A DNA stretch of 63,891 nt, the filler included, from Reticulomyxa filosa (lineage: Eukaryota > Protista > Foraminifera), in the NCBI GenBank assembly GCA_000512085.1. It is 23 parts of 23 records of this genome, joined end to end, with 100 filler letters (N's around TTAATTAATTAA, not from the genome) between each part and the next. Parts side by side here need not be neighbours in the genome. Positions count along the whole stretch, not along the records: positions 39,382 to 40,829 come from ASPP01007263.1; positions 40,930 to 50,694 come from ASPP01007324.1; positions 50,795 to 56,242 come from ASPP01000074.1; 20 more parts are not named here. One strand, given 5' to 3'. Positions 40,180-52,750 of the stretch are shown here, in pieces. The notes under the pieces were generated by a model, which was not told where the DNA came from, searched no databases, and saw only the letters and a program-made list of their open reading frames with translations. The first letter of the stretch is position 1. Each line of letters opens with the position of its first letter. Both the position numbers and the translations under genes were made by a program.

Positions 40180-40793
40180 ATGGCCGCAACAATGACATCA
40201 ACTACATCAGAAGCCCCGACCACAAAACAAGCAGAGCATGGACGACCAATAGGTTGGATCATGGTGCAAAAAAAGACGACAACGGAGAACACGCCTTCGG
40301 TCCAAAGGATCGTGGACTCATTTGTGAAGGCCGGCTTTAACATGGAAGTAGTCAACGCTTTTGAAGTGGATGTATACCTGACGGACGACGATCGAAAGTC
40401 GGTGTTGGTGGAGTCTCGAGTTCGAAAGTTGCCAAACTTTGTGTTGGCACGAACGGGTGAAAAGACGGATTTCTACACATTGGCAGTTTATAGACACTTG
40501 GAAAAGCTGGACGTGCCAGTGATCAATTGTTCGCGGGCGGTCGAGGACGTGCGAGACCGATTGTACTGTCTGCAGATCTTGGCACAAAAGAATATTCCCG
40601 TGCCCAAATCGTTTTTATTGCGAGTTCAATTTTTTAAATTTTTTTTTTTTTTAAATTAACCCTCCCCTTTTTTTTTTTAAATTAAAAAAAAAAAAAATAA
40701 TAATAATAATAATTGCCATAGCATCCTGTCAACATCAATTATGTCATTAGTCGATTGAATGTTCCAGTGGTTATCAAGTTGCTCACACCAACA
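40180..40793 (+). CDS. RimK-family ATP-grasp alpha-L-glutamate ligase (3'-partial; intron 40624-40721)
   Basis: LPNFVLARTG..LAVYRHLEKLDVPVINCSRAVEDVRDRLYCLQILAQKNIPVPKS..PVVIKLL. Confidence 0.88.
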
Positions 40794-40929
40794 GTTTGTC
40801 TTTTTTTTTTTTTTTTAAAAAAAAAAAAANNNNNNNNNNNNNNNNNNNNNNNNNNNNNNNNNNNNNNNNNNNNTTAATTAATTAANNNNNNNNNNNNNNN
40901 NNNNNNNNNNNNNNNNNNNNNNNNNNNNN

Positions 40930-42017
40930 AAAAAAAAAAAAAAAAGAAACTTTCGAATATGTTTGCAGTCTAAAAAATCTCTTCGAAATAATTCGACGTG
41001 CATTGGTCCGAATCCCTTATTGCTTTTGGACTTGACCACTAAGAAGAGCTCTTGAGTGCCTGGATACTTGACTAATTCCACCTCCACTTTTGTAGGTTCA
41101 GTGTCGCTAGAGTTGGAGAGTTTATGTTTGTCTTTATCGGCACTGCCAGCACTGTCAATGCTATGCTTTTTCGATTTCGGTTTGGGAAGCTTTTCGGAAA
41201 ATTTTTTGGTTATTTTTTGTTTACTGTTTTTGGTTTTTTTTGAATTCTTTGTTGGGCTGTCCTCGTCGGATATATTGCCAGTGTTGTGATTGGCCAAATC
41301 TGTTTGAACAGAGATTGATTTTTCGGCCTCCGTGTCGTCGCGATCTTCCCGCTCTCGATTTCTCCCTTTTGCCCTATCTTTGTCTGCAATATCTCCCTCC
41401 TTCGCTTGAGGAAATTGCATTCTTCTCATGTCCATTCCAGGGTTTGACCGCTCGGACCACGAGGAATTACTTCTTTGTTTCCGATTGGCCATATTGTCAA
41501 TAGGAGAGGATTGAACACGTGCAGTTGGCGTGGATTGTAGCGAAAGCATTGACCTTGTGTCCTCATATAGATAAACAAGAAATGCAATTTTAAACATAAT
41601 AATGAACATGAATGTACATACATACAAAGATATCATCATACAGATTGTCCTCATTTTTGGGATGGAATTTGCGATCGATACTGTTCATAGAACGATGAAA
41701 ATGGAAGACGGTGTTTCGTCTTCGTCGAGAGATTTCCCGAGAGCAAACTCTTGGGTGTCACCGCTGTGGCGATTATTGTCCGCCAAAAGAAGAGCCTGAG
41801 AACGATACAAATTGGGATCCAAATTGTGTTGTTTATTGTACAATAACAGACTGCTGATCGTTGGATTGCGTAACACCACGTTACACGAGTAGACTGATAT
41901 TTCAAAATACGTTAATCGATCTTTATAAGTCATTACAGTATAATACAATTGTTCAATTTTTTTTTGTTGAACTGTGTATTCCTCTATCAATTTTTCGTCC
42001 CGTTGTAATCTTTTATT

Positions 42018-42057
<40 letters not shown>

Positions 42058-42969
42058 TAATTATAAAATCTCTCTCCTCTTTGCTTTCTTTATTTACTTT
42101 TTTTTTTTTTACATTTGCTCTTTATCCTTTTCCCATAAATGAAGCTGCTCTTCAAAATGTGCCTTTGAATTTTTGATATCATTTTTGACTTGTTCCAAGT
42201 TCTCCGTCAATTGTAACTTGTCTTTGCGGAGCTGTTCCTCTGATCTAATGAATTCGTTCACAGTAATTTGTAATTTGTTAGAGCTCTCTTTAAACTGGTC
42301 GCACACTGTTATCAAGGTCTGGTACTCTTGGATTAGTTCCCTCACCCATTGACGCAATTGGGTCCGACTTCCTTCTTTCTCTATTCTTCCTAACAATTCT
42401 TGCTCACTACATGCTTTCGTCACACTATTGTCCTCATTTGCTTTTTTTATCATCTCAATTATTGAAAACTTTTTATTCGGATCATTTTCTATCAGCAATT
42501 GGCTTGATGTGCCTTTTTTTTAATTTTTTCCTCCCTTTGCTCTTACAACTTCTAATGTCCAAGGTTTTTTTTCATTTTAAAAAAAAATTAATAGATCTCA
42601 TCAAATCAAACTACTATTGTGTGTGAACCATACGATTATTTGCGTTGCCAAATGGATTCAACGACATGTCCAGCATTTCTAATTTCTCTATTTCTTTCTC
42701 TGCCAATGAATTCTCTAAATCGGTTCGCCTCTTTTCACTTTTCTTTTTTTGTTGTTGTGTAGTCGTTTTAGAGCTCGCTTATTATTTATTTTTTTCTCTG
42801 TTTGTCCATCACACTCGTTATAAACCTGATATTTGTCTTGGACTTCGGACAATTGTTGCTTTGTTTGTTCAAGTTCCTTAAGCAACTTCAGTATTTCTCC
42901 GTTTGCTGTTTCAATTTGCTGTTGCAGAGATTTATTCATCACTGCTATCTTTTCGGTAGTTGTTGCCAT
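40930..42969 (-). CDS. Hypothetical coiled-coil protein (multi-exon, 3'-partial)
   Basis: Successive open exons at 42969-42830, ~42780-42635, 42500-42110, 42005-41660 and ~41565-40965; N-terminal half is heptad-rich. Confidence 0.65.
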
Positions 42970-43425
42970 GCTTACTGATCACAGGCCTTTGTATTTTATT
43001 TTATTTCGAAACAAAAACTATTGTGTTCAGACGCCGGCAAAACTGTTCTTTTTTGGCTTTGTGTAATCTGAAAGTTATAAATCACTCTTTTTCATTATGA
43101 CCACTATCGTATCGATCCTTAAGTAGTATTTTAATTGTTATGTCACCGTGCCGTCCAGTGCACAACGTTAACTGGCATCTGTCGATAATTTGACTCAATG
43201 TTATCCAAATTTTATTTGTTTGTAGAAAGTACTGAATTTTTATATTATATTCAAATTTCAATGTTTTTGTGACTTTCTGTCCATGACATAATAGGGAAAG
43301 TTTTAAAATAATTTGAATGAAAATTCAAATCGTTTTAAAAGGTACATTGATTAACGGTCAGAAACTGATCCGCCCCGAGTTTGAAAAGTGAAACACCAGT
43401 TTTATCTTTTTATTTACTTTTTTGT

Positions 43426-46132
43426 TTACTTGTTGTGTTGTGTCACCAATTGCACAACAACATTCACCACGTATTGTACCAAAGGATCGTCGGTGGTGCT
43501 CTTCCATTTTTTTTCTTGTGTTAATTTCTGCCTCAATTGCTTTGGTTTCATTTGGAGTAGCGGCTTGCATTCTCTCAATAACTCAAGATAAAAGTGTAGT
43601 ACCTGAAGTCAATCAATTCCCAACAATGCAGAATATGAAAGGCGAAAACAATACATATTAAAAAAAAATATATGAAATAGAAATTGTTACATAACTTCTT
43701 TTTCACCTCTTCTCATCAGTACAATATTTCTCATATTTGAAAACTTTGGAAACTTTTCCGTGTCTTCCAATAGTTTATTATCTTCTTCCAAGGTGGTCTT
43801 GAATCCATTCAATGATTTTTTTGCAGCTACAGCCAATGACGTTAAAACCATTAATTCATTGCGCACCGAAAGTGGCGGAATATCATCACTCTAATCACAG
43901 TTTCCAAAGAAACAAACAAACTAAAAAATATGATCCAAGAGAGATAAATGGAAGATGAACTTGAAGATTTTGGGCAGTTATAGTCATATATTCATTCCCT
44001 TGGGCATGTGCGACACGCAACCACGAGAAACATTCTTTCACTTTTTTTCTTTGTATTGTCTGGGAATTTGAAATTCTCGCTCAAGACTTAGATTCATTCA
44101 AACAATCAACCCAAAACTTTGGTTAATGGATATTGAGTACAGTTTTTTTTAAAAAAAGAGGCGAATGATCCATGGGGGCCGTCTTTGTTAACATTTTTTT
44201 TAAAACCTCAATCCCTTTCTCTAAACTGATCTAATGGATTCAATTTCAAAAAGTTAGCCTTCAAATTGAATTGTGGATCATTCTTGGGAAACTCCAGAGT
44301 TATGGCGGCTTCATTGTCTTCATTTTCTTCCAATGAAAATCCATAATTGACAAAGAAACGACTGTTGCATTTTCCACCATAGCTGTCAAAAACTTCACAA
44401 TCTTTTTGAACGGTTTGCAATGCAGTGACAACGAATCCACGACGCTTTTGATCATAGGTCCATTTAGTTTCACGAGGACGTTTGTGGTTAAGCATGTCTG
44501 CCAATGGCACCAGTCCATCAGTCTTTTCGTTATCCACAACCAATCCAAAGATACGAGTTATCACTACCAAACGACCCCAAACAAAATCTTCGTGGCGTAT
44601 CCGCTTAAATTCAGGCACATGCTATATTATAAGCATTTGTTTGTTTGTCTGTCTCTCATTCGTTTTCTGTGTTTGTGCAAATTTGTTCACTCAACAGCGC
44701 AAATATCATTGTACTCATCTCGTAACGACGCAATTCGATCTGAAATTTTTTTCAGCGCAATCGATCCTGTCAACATATCCAATTTTTCTTTGTCAAAAAA
44801 TATCGGCACTGTATTGAAAGCTGTCGGTAAAATATCAATGTATGGGAACCATTGCGAATCTTTTCCTTTTTCTCGCTCTTGACACAAGTATCCTGCCAAA
44901 TAGGAATGCTTCGACCGCAGACTGACTCCCTTTTTTTTTATTTTATTTTTTCTCATTTGAAGAAAAAAAAACCTTCAAAAAGCAACACTAACTATTTTCT
45001 TCTTACACACAAAAAAAAAAACCAAAACTGAATTAGTGATAGCTTTTCCCAAATCAGACGCTTTAGCTACATCGCTAGTCATAATGCAGTTATGGGGTAT
45101 GTACATCACATCTTCATCTTTGAAAATGCGATCTGTGGCATTAATCGCCCGAAATTCCGGCGTATAAAATTTCAAATACAATTTTGGAAACTATTGAAAT
45201 TGACGGAAAATCCAATCCAAAAAAAAAAAAAAAGACAAGTTTGACTGCGCACAAAACAAACTCAAAAAAAAAAAAAAACAAAACTTTGGCACCATTCTGC
45301 AACAACCAACTGAACAAGGTTCGAAACTTTTCGGCTTGCAAATGATGTCCTCCAACAATTCGATCTGCACGTTGCAATGTATTGATTCGCTTGACGTCCA
45401 TTTCATGTAGCGCTTTCTAAAACAACCCCCGATCAACCATCCGATTTGTCAATAAATATATTTGTATGATATCTTGCAGAGCAAAAAAAAAAAAAGTCAC
45501 TATTGTTTTTTTGTGTTTAAATGTTCAATCCTTTTGTTTTGTTGCTCTTTTCTCATCCTTTGCATACATGTAATGGTTGTTGTTCGTCACAAATTTTCAT
45601 TGCATCGACGATGATTTTTTGTGCTTCATCGAATTGTTTTTGTGACGAATAAATGCTTGACAATCTCACATAACCCTATTTTGTCATCACAATTTTTTTT
45701 TAAACTTGAAATTTCCATAAAAAAAAAGGATATAACGTTCTTTGAACAAATTGTGTCAAAACTAACTTTCCACCACTTTGGGGACAATCGAATACATTCT
45801 TGAGCGTCTGCCAAAGCCAGGTCAAACTTTTCCAAAGATGTGTACGCCGCGGATCGGTTGGCCAACACCATCGCATTCATTTCTTCCTTTAATGAACGGC
45901 TGTAATATTCCACCGCTCGGTCGAAATGTAATTTAAGAAACTCTTTGTTCCCCAACTCCTTCAATTGGTGTGCTGTCGATTGAGGGTTGTTGTCATTACT
46001 CGTTTCTTGGTTTGCTGTCGATATCTCCTCACTTTTTTTTTCTTCGTTGTTTGTCGCGTTATTGGCTTCGTTGTTAGTCGGGGCATTTTTGGTTTGATTA
46101 CCTCGACCTTTACGACCTTTTCCTTTTGGCAT
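43426..46132 (-). CDS. TPR + SET-domain methyltransferase (SETD3 / Rubisco-LSMT-like)
   Basis: TPR: LKELGNKEF..AVEYYSRSL..LANRSAAY..ALADAQECIRLSPKWWK. SET: SQWFPYIDILP, LVPLADMLNH, EVFDSYGGKCNSRFFVNYGF. Last exon ends HNK* at 43426. Confidence 0.92.
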
Positions 46133-46516
46133 ATTCTTATCCCTTCAAGAGGAGAATTTGCTTTTAAAACAAAAAATATTGCACCAAGGAGGATTCGCCT
46201 CAAGGAAAGTTAAAGCTCTCCAGGAAAAGTCTCTTGGAGTATTGTCTTCTTCTGTCTGCGTGTCAGCGAATTGCTCAAAGCTTGGCTTTTTGGAATCCAT
46301 AGGCTAACCGATATTTTGTTTATCACACGAATGCATTACTTTTTGCTGTTGAAAACTTGTTCACTCATTTTCAGAAGAATCTTTTACATTTGATACGGCT
46401 AATTGTCCGAATATTTTACCACTTTCCCAAGGCAAGTTAAAAAAAAAAGATTTTTTGAAAAATTTATTGATTTTGTTCAATCATAGCTGTTGGTCTACTG
46501 CAAACAACAGGAGGCC

Positions 46517-49500
46517 ATGTCTGAAGAAAAACCTCAAGAAAAGAATAACGAAGTCACCGTTGTAACAAATGTGGAGACTGAACTGTCTTCAACCCCGCAA
46601 CAGCCCTTGTCTGCTCCTTTATCTCCTTTACAAGAGAACAAGTCGAGCAGATCCACCACTCCTAGTGGACTGAAGACCCCCAACAAGAAGAAGCAATTTA
46701 ACAGTTAGGAACAAGCTTTTGTTTGCACTATATCACACATCACCCTCCCAAAGGTAAAAGTGGAAAAATGGACAAAAAGGATTACCTAAATTTTTTGCCC
46801 CTTTTCCCCTTTTTTTATTGTAATCCGCTTTGGAAGGAAGCAAAAAAAAAAAAAATATGATGTATACATATACAAAAAAATAAAAATATGACATGTACCA
46901 TATGTACTATTTGTAATGTCAGATGACAGCTTAGACGAATTGCCGGAGGAGCTGCGCACGTTAGCAAAAATGCACAATGATCCAAAAGTGAACAAATCGC
47001 TGGGGTCTTTTGATATGCAATCATTACGACGAAACAACTCGCGTTCCAAAGGTGGTCCTAACCATGTGCGTACGGACTCGCAGCTGTCAACTCCATCGGG
47101 AGGCGATGACGACGACAAGGCGAGCGTGGACTCGGAAGTGGGATTAGTATATGTCCCCGGAATGAAAATGAACGACGAAGAAGCAAAAAACTTGTTGAAG
47201 CAATTGACGGATAAAAAAAAGAGCTGAGCCGATGTCAAGGCGAACTGCGGAAAGTAAACGCCGAAATAAAAGCTTTGCAAAGCTCGCACGACAATCAAAT
47301 CAAGCGTTTGCAAACACAAATTGAAAAATTGGAAAAAGCAAAAGAAGAAGCATTGTCCATCAAAAACGACGTCGCCAAACAAATGAAAAATATTGCCTCC
47401 TTGCGAATTGCTGGCAATTTGCAATCGGAAAATGCCAATGGAGAAGATCCCGCTACACAACGAGCCACAGCCAAAATTCGCAAAGAAATGATGAAGTTGC
47501 AAAAAGAACTAGATAACGAAAGAGTTTCATCTTCCTTTGTTTCCTTATTTCTGTGCTTGTTTGTTAGTCTTCATCGCCTTTTCACCGTCTTTTTTCTTAA
47601 CGCACTTTTTAGGGTACAAATCACACGTATATACGCTCTTCATAAAAAAAATTGGATACATTATAATGAGAGAACGTATACAAAATCATCACCCCTTTTT
47701 TTTGGGGGATTGTCGGCTTTTTCAAAAACAAAAGGAAGCGAACAATAACTTGCAACAAAGATTGGCACGAGCACTGAAACAAAAAAAGAAAAAGAAGAAG
47801 AAGATGACACAGAAAAAAACACAGTGTCACAAAGAAAAGTCCAACGATTGGAAAACGACATTGAGAAAAAAGATTTGGAGATAGCGACCAAACAAAAAAA
47901 ACTCGATGAAATGTTTCTTCGACTGCAAGACGTGGAAAGTCGTTTCCAGTTGATTTCGGATGAAAATGGTCGACTCAAATCAAAAGCCGCCAGTTTGCAG
48001 AAACAATATGATGAATTAGAATCGCAAAATAAAATAATTGCGCGACAAGTCGAAGATGTTACACGTTCCAAAAAAGAAACGAAAGAAATGAGCGAACGCA
48101 TCACTAATCTATCTGGCCAAAACGCAAAATTAAGAGCGCAAATTGGAAAACTGCAAGTCAAGGTTCAAGAATTGCTTAAGAAATTGGAAGAGTTGCAAAC
48201 AGTTACATTTTTTTCGTTTGATTAAAAAAAAAAAACAAACTAGTTAAACATCAACTCGCAAACATAAAATAACAAGCTGCAAAACTTGTCGAGCAAATTG
48301 AGACAAGAACTGCGCGACATGGAAAAACAACGACTGGAATTAGAAAAGAAACATAAAGAGGCAAATGGTTCGAACGAAGAGTTGGAACGCCAATTAAACA
48401 AATTAAAGCAAGACATGGAAGGGAAACAACAGGAATTGGAAAAAAAGATGAATGAATTGGAGAAATTCAAAGAAGAAATGTCGAATGAATACGCAGCAAT
48501 CCGCAAGATCCAAGAGGAAATGGAAGAAAAAGAACAAAAATTGCAAGAAAAAGATGAGGAAATTGAGGTCAAGGTGGCCAAGTTGGAGGCCATGTTAGAA
48601 CATTCTGAAAAAATTGTTCAAAAGTATAAACAAAAAATTGAAGCTTTAGAAAAAGAAAACGAAAAAATGTTGGAAAACCAAAGGAACACAGCCTCAGAAA
48701 TAGAGAAGAAAGACATGGAAATCAACGATCTCCAAGCCAGTCTTAAAAATAAGATCAAAGAAATCGAGTTGCTAAATCAACGAAGCAAAGAAGTTGACCA
48801 ATATTTTTGAGAAAGGGAACAACAAGAATTTTTTTGAACAAAACAACATATAAAAACAGATAGAGCAAGATCTCGCCGCAATAAATTCACAAAAATTGAA
48901 AGAATCAATGGCAGAAAGAGATGAACATATAATCGAATTACAAAACGACTTAGAGAAGAGCGAATTACAGATAAAAGACGTACGTGAAAAGTTAGATTTG
49001 AAATCAAAGGAATTCAATGAGCTGCTTTCGAGATGGGAATCTTTATCTCGTGAAAACGAATCGAATGTAAAAAAGATAGGAGGGCTAAACTCAAAAGTGG
49101 AACAGTTAGATCGCAAGTTAATGGCTCAAGGTGACGACGTTGAAATGAAATTGCAGGCATATGAAAAACAGTGGTATTGATCGAAAAAACAAACAAAGAA
49201 ATGGAGGCATTGCAACAACAATTGAGTGACTTGCGAACGCAATATGAATTAATGGAAGAGCGATGCGGAAGAGCTGAAAACAAAAAAAGAAATTAGTGAG
49301 AAATGTGATGAGAAAGATGCAACCATTGAAGAACTCAAAGTGAAAATAAAAGATTTCAAAAAACGATTGGAAATGAGTGGCGTCGGTGCCAATAAGGATA
49401 CGAGTGAATTGGAGTTGTTACGCAAAAATGTTTCCGAAATGGAAAGCATTATAAAATCAAAAGATTTCGAAATCAAAAAATTAAAAAATCAGTCCAATTG

Positions 49501-49975
49501 GAGTGGTGATGTTGGCAATTTGTCCAATCCGGAAGATGTTGAAAAGATCAAATCTTTGCAGTCTGAATTACGAAAAGAAAAACATAAAAATGAAGGTCTT
49601 TCCAAAGAAAATGCAGAAATGAAACAAGAAGTGGAAAAAGTATCATTGGAAAAAGGAAGCATGGAAGCCCTTTTGAACAAAAAAAATTTTGAATTAATTC
49701 ATTTGAAAAGTGAGATGAATTTGTTCAAAGAATCCCATGAAAAATTGCAAAATGTTGAAGATGCGCATAAACAAGAGCAAAGACGAATTTCTGTTTTGTT
49801 GGATGAAAAGCAATCCTTGGTTCGAGATTTAGAAGATCGCGTCAAAGATCAAGAAAAAGAACTCAGGAGAATTAAAAAACTTGATGAACGCGTCGCTGAG
49901 TTAGAAGAACAAGTAAAAGAAAAAGATAGCATGTTGCTTGGAGTAGTCAGCAGTATTGAACAAAAAGTGCAATAA
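46517..49975 (+). CDS. Long coiled-coil (myosin-tail-like) protein; introns at ~46704-46922, 47524-47734, 48202-48276 and 48793-48859, plus four homopolymer frameshifts
   Basis: Continuous E/K/L/Q heptad protein once introns are removed and A-runs at 47213-20, 47781-87, 49164-68 and 49277-88 are corrected. Confidence 0.75.
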
Positions 49976-52750
49976 ATAATATTATACATGCAATATATAT
50001 ATATAATTTTGTTTTTGTTTTTTTTCTCGTTGCACAACAAAAACCTTTGAGTGAAAAATGGAGAATCACGTGAGGCTCTTTTGTTGTTGGTTGGTGCAAA
50101 AATGTGTTGTTTTTCTATAAGCCCATTTTACCAAAGCTTATTGCCCTAAATTTTGCTTGAAAGGTCAATTTCAAATGTATCTTAATATTCTTTTTTCAGA
50201 ATTTGAGCAAGTCAGCTCAAATATGTAATTGCCAACTAATTTTTTCAACATTAAAATAATATAGACCTTCAAGAGTTTCAAATACATTTCATTTTTCCAC
50301 AATTTTTGTCAATTATAAACATTTTTATTATTTTTTACAACATTTTGTAAATATCGTTTTTTTGTTTGTATTTTAAAATTGCGATTTTACTTATTGTTAA
50401 TTGGCAATGTTTTCTTCGCAGTTTCTATTTTTTACACTAGTGGTTTAATGAAGAATATCAAAATCGTATATTTTTTTGAGTTTTTATTTTATTAAACTGT
50501 ACAAATAAAAAATGAATAAACTTGAATTTCATAATAACAAAGCTAAAAAAAAACTACTTGAAGTTGGGCTTTTAAAATAGCACAAACTTTAAAACAAAGA
50601 AACGTATACATAACATAAAAAAGCTATAATAGCATTAACAAAAGACCTAATTTTTTCAATTTATTTATTATTCATTATAATAGCTTCGCTATGCNNNNNN
50701 NNNNNNNNNNNNNNNNNNNNNNNNNNNNNNNNNNNNNNTTAATTAATTAANNNNNNNNNNNNNNNNNNNNNNNNNNNNNNNNNNNNNNNNNNNNTCTTTG
50801 TCTTTGTTTCTGTTTTCGCCACAATCTTGTTGACGACGAAAATCGTTGTTAATAATCGAAGATCAACTTAGAACTTCTTTCAGATACTGCTAGATGTTGC
50901 AGTATCTAGTCCAACTTGTAATTATTTCATCTTTTTTATTTTGATCAAATAACATTATCGTCCGATGTTCATAATCAAATAAAATTCATAATCTATCTGT
51001 TTTCCATTCGATAATATACACACTATTATTTAGTATCAGCTCCTTTTTTGTTTTGACATAATAAATTAAGTTTCTTTATTTTTATGTGTGTTTGTATAAC
51101 AAAAATTACATTGTTTGTTGATCATTTCCGTAATAACTCCAACTGTAAAGTCAATTATCATTCTTTTTTAAATCTAAACTTTTGCAAACAATTTGTCACA
51201 ACTGAAAGACTTTGCTCACATTTTTATCAAAACTTCCATAATATATTTGAACGTATTTCATGTTGTTTTTAATTCGTTATTATGTCACATTACTACATTT
51301 ATATTGTTCTCAAAACGAAAACTTGCAAATTCACATGACTTAATTTCAAATTTGTTTTAACCTACTTACAATTTGTAATATTATTCTCTTTTAATTTTTT
51401 GTCAAATTCTTTGAATATGCTCAAATGTATTTGTTCTTCTAAATTTGTGTTGTGTTAACTATGTCATTCCAATTATTATTAATAAAATGCTATTTTTCGT
51501 TAAATAAAAACAAAAAACTTTGTATGTTGTCTGCAATCAATGTCAAGAAAACTCTGCCTCATCAACATTTCCATAAACATTTCAATGCGTTTAAAATGAT
51601 CTGTTTGGGAAAACTTTGTTGAAGTTGTGCAAACATTGTGAAGAATATAGATATAAAGTAAAAAAACCTTTACTTTTAACCTCTGAATTTTTTTCTTTGA
51701 AAATATCTTGTTGCATACAAAGAAATTTTTAATTAATTCTAAGCAAAGTTTACAAAAAAGTGCAGTAAGATTGAGCAGGGCCAAATACAATATTTTATTT
51801 CACAAGATTTCAGCAAAGAAAAATGAATTAAATAAAATAATTCCTAATTACAAGAGTTTATGAAAAAGGAAAAGTTTAAGATCAAAAGATTGTAATGATT
51901 AATAGGATCCTTACAAATGTTATAATTTCGTAAAAATAGGACAAATTGGCTTTTTTCATTAGTGTATAGTTTTTTCTTGAAAGATATGTTTAAATCAGAT
52001 GAGACAAACAGTTCATTTTCTGAATTCTAAAATCCAATATTTTTGTTAAAAAGATAAAGTTGACAGCTTGTTTTGGTTGGGTTTCATATCTGTTTTGGGG
52101 TATAAAAAACACTTTTTTCCAAGCACCTTCTTTCTAAACCTATTTGTAAGTATATGCTTGTACGATTTATATTGATATGCCAATGTAAATTGTTAACGTC
52201 GTTCATTTCCGAGTCAAAGGTAGGAATACGGGCGATTGTTAAATTAAACAATGGGGGAGGGAGCAACACTAACAGAGCAAAGGAAATCAAGATAGTAAAA
52301 AAGCAAATAACAAAAAAGATTTTCGCCAACACTGCCCAATCAGACAAAAAAGAACACCCACGCGTTTGTCAAACTCAAACCAAAGTTCAGCAAAAAAAAA
52401 AAGCAAAGAAAAAAAAGTACAATGCAATTAAAAAGGCCAATTCTATGATGATAACATAGGGAGTGTGAAAAAAGCAAAACATGAGCAAACAAGAATATTG
52501 GAAAGTGAGTTGAAAAAGAATGTTTTTTTTTTGTTTTAATTGAAGATGCACACAGGAGATACATGTACATGGGAAAAAAGTACATTTAAAAACAACACAA
52601 AACAATGTCGATAGAGGGAGGGAATGAACAGGAATGACAATAGTTTATTTGTCCTCTCGTTTTTTTGTTGGATTAGAACGAGATCGCTTTTTTGAGGGGA
52701 AAGATAGAACAGGCTCTCTTGAACTCCTCGGTTGGTTTTTCCCATGTCTA

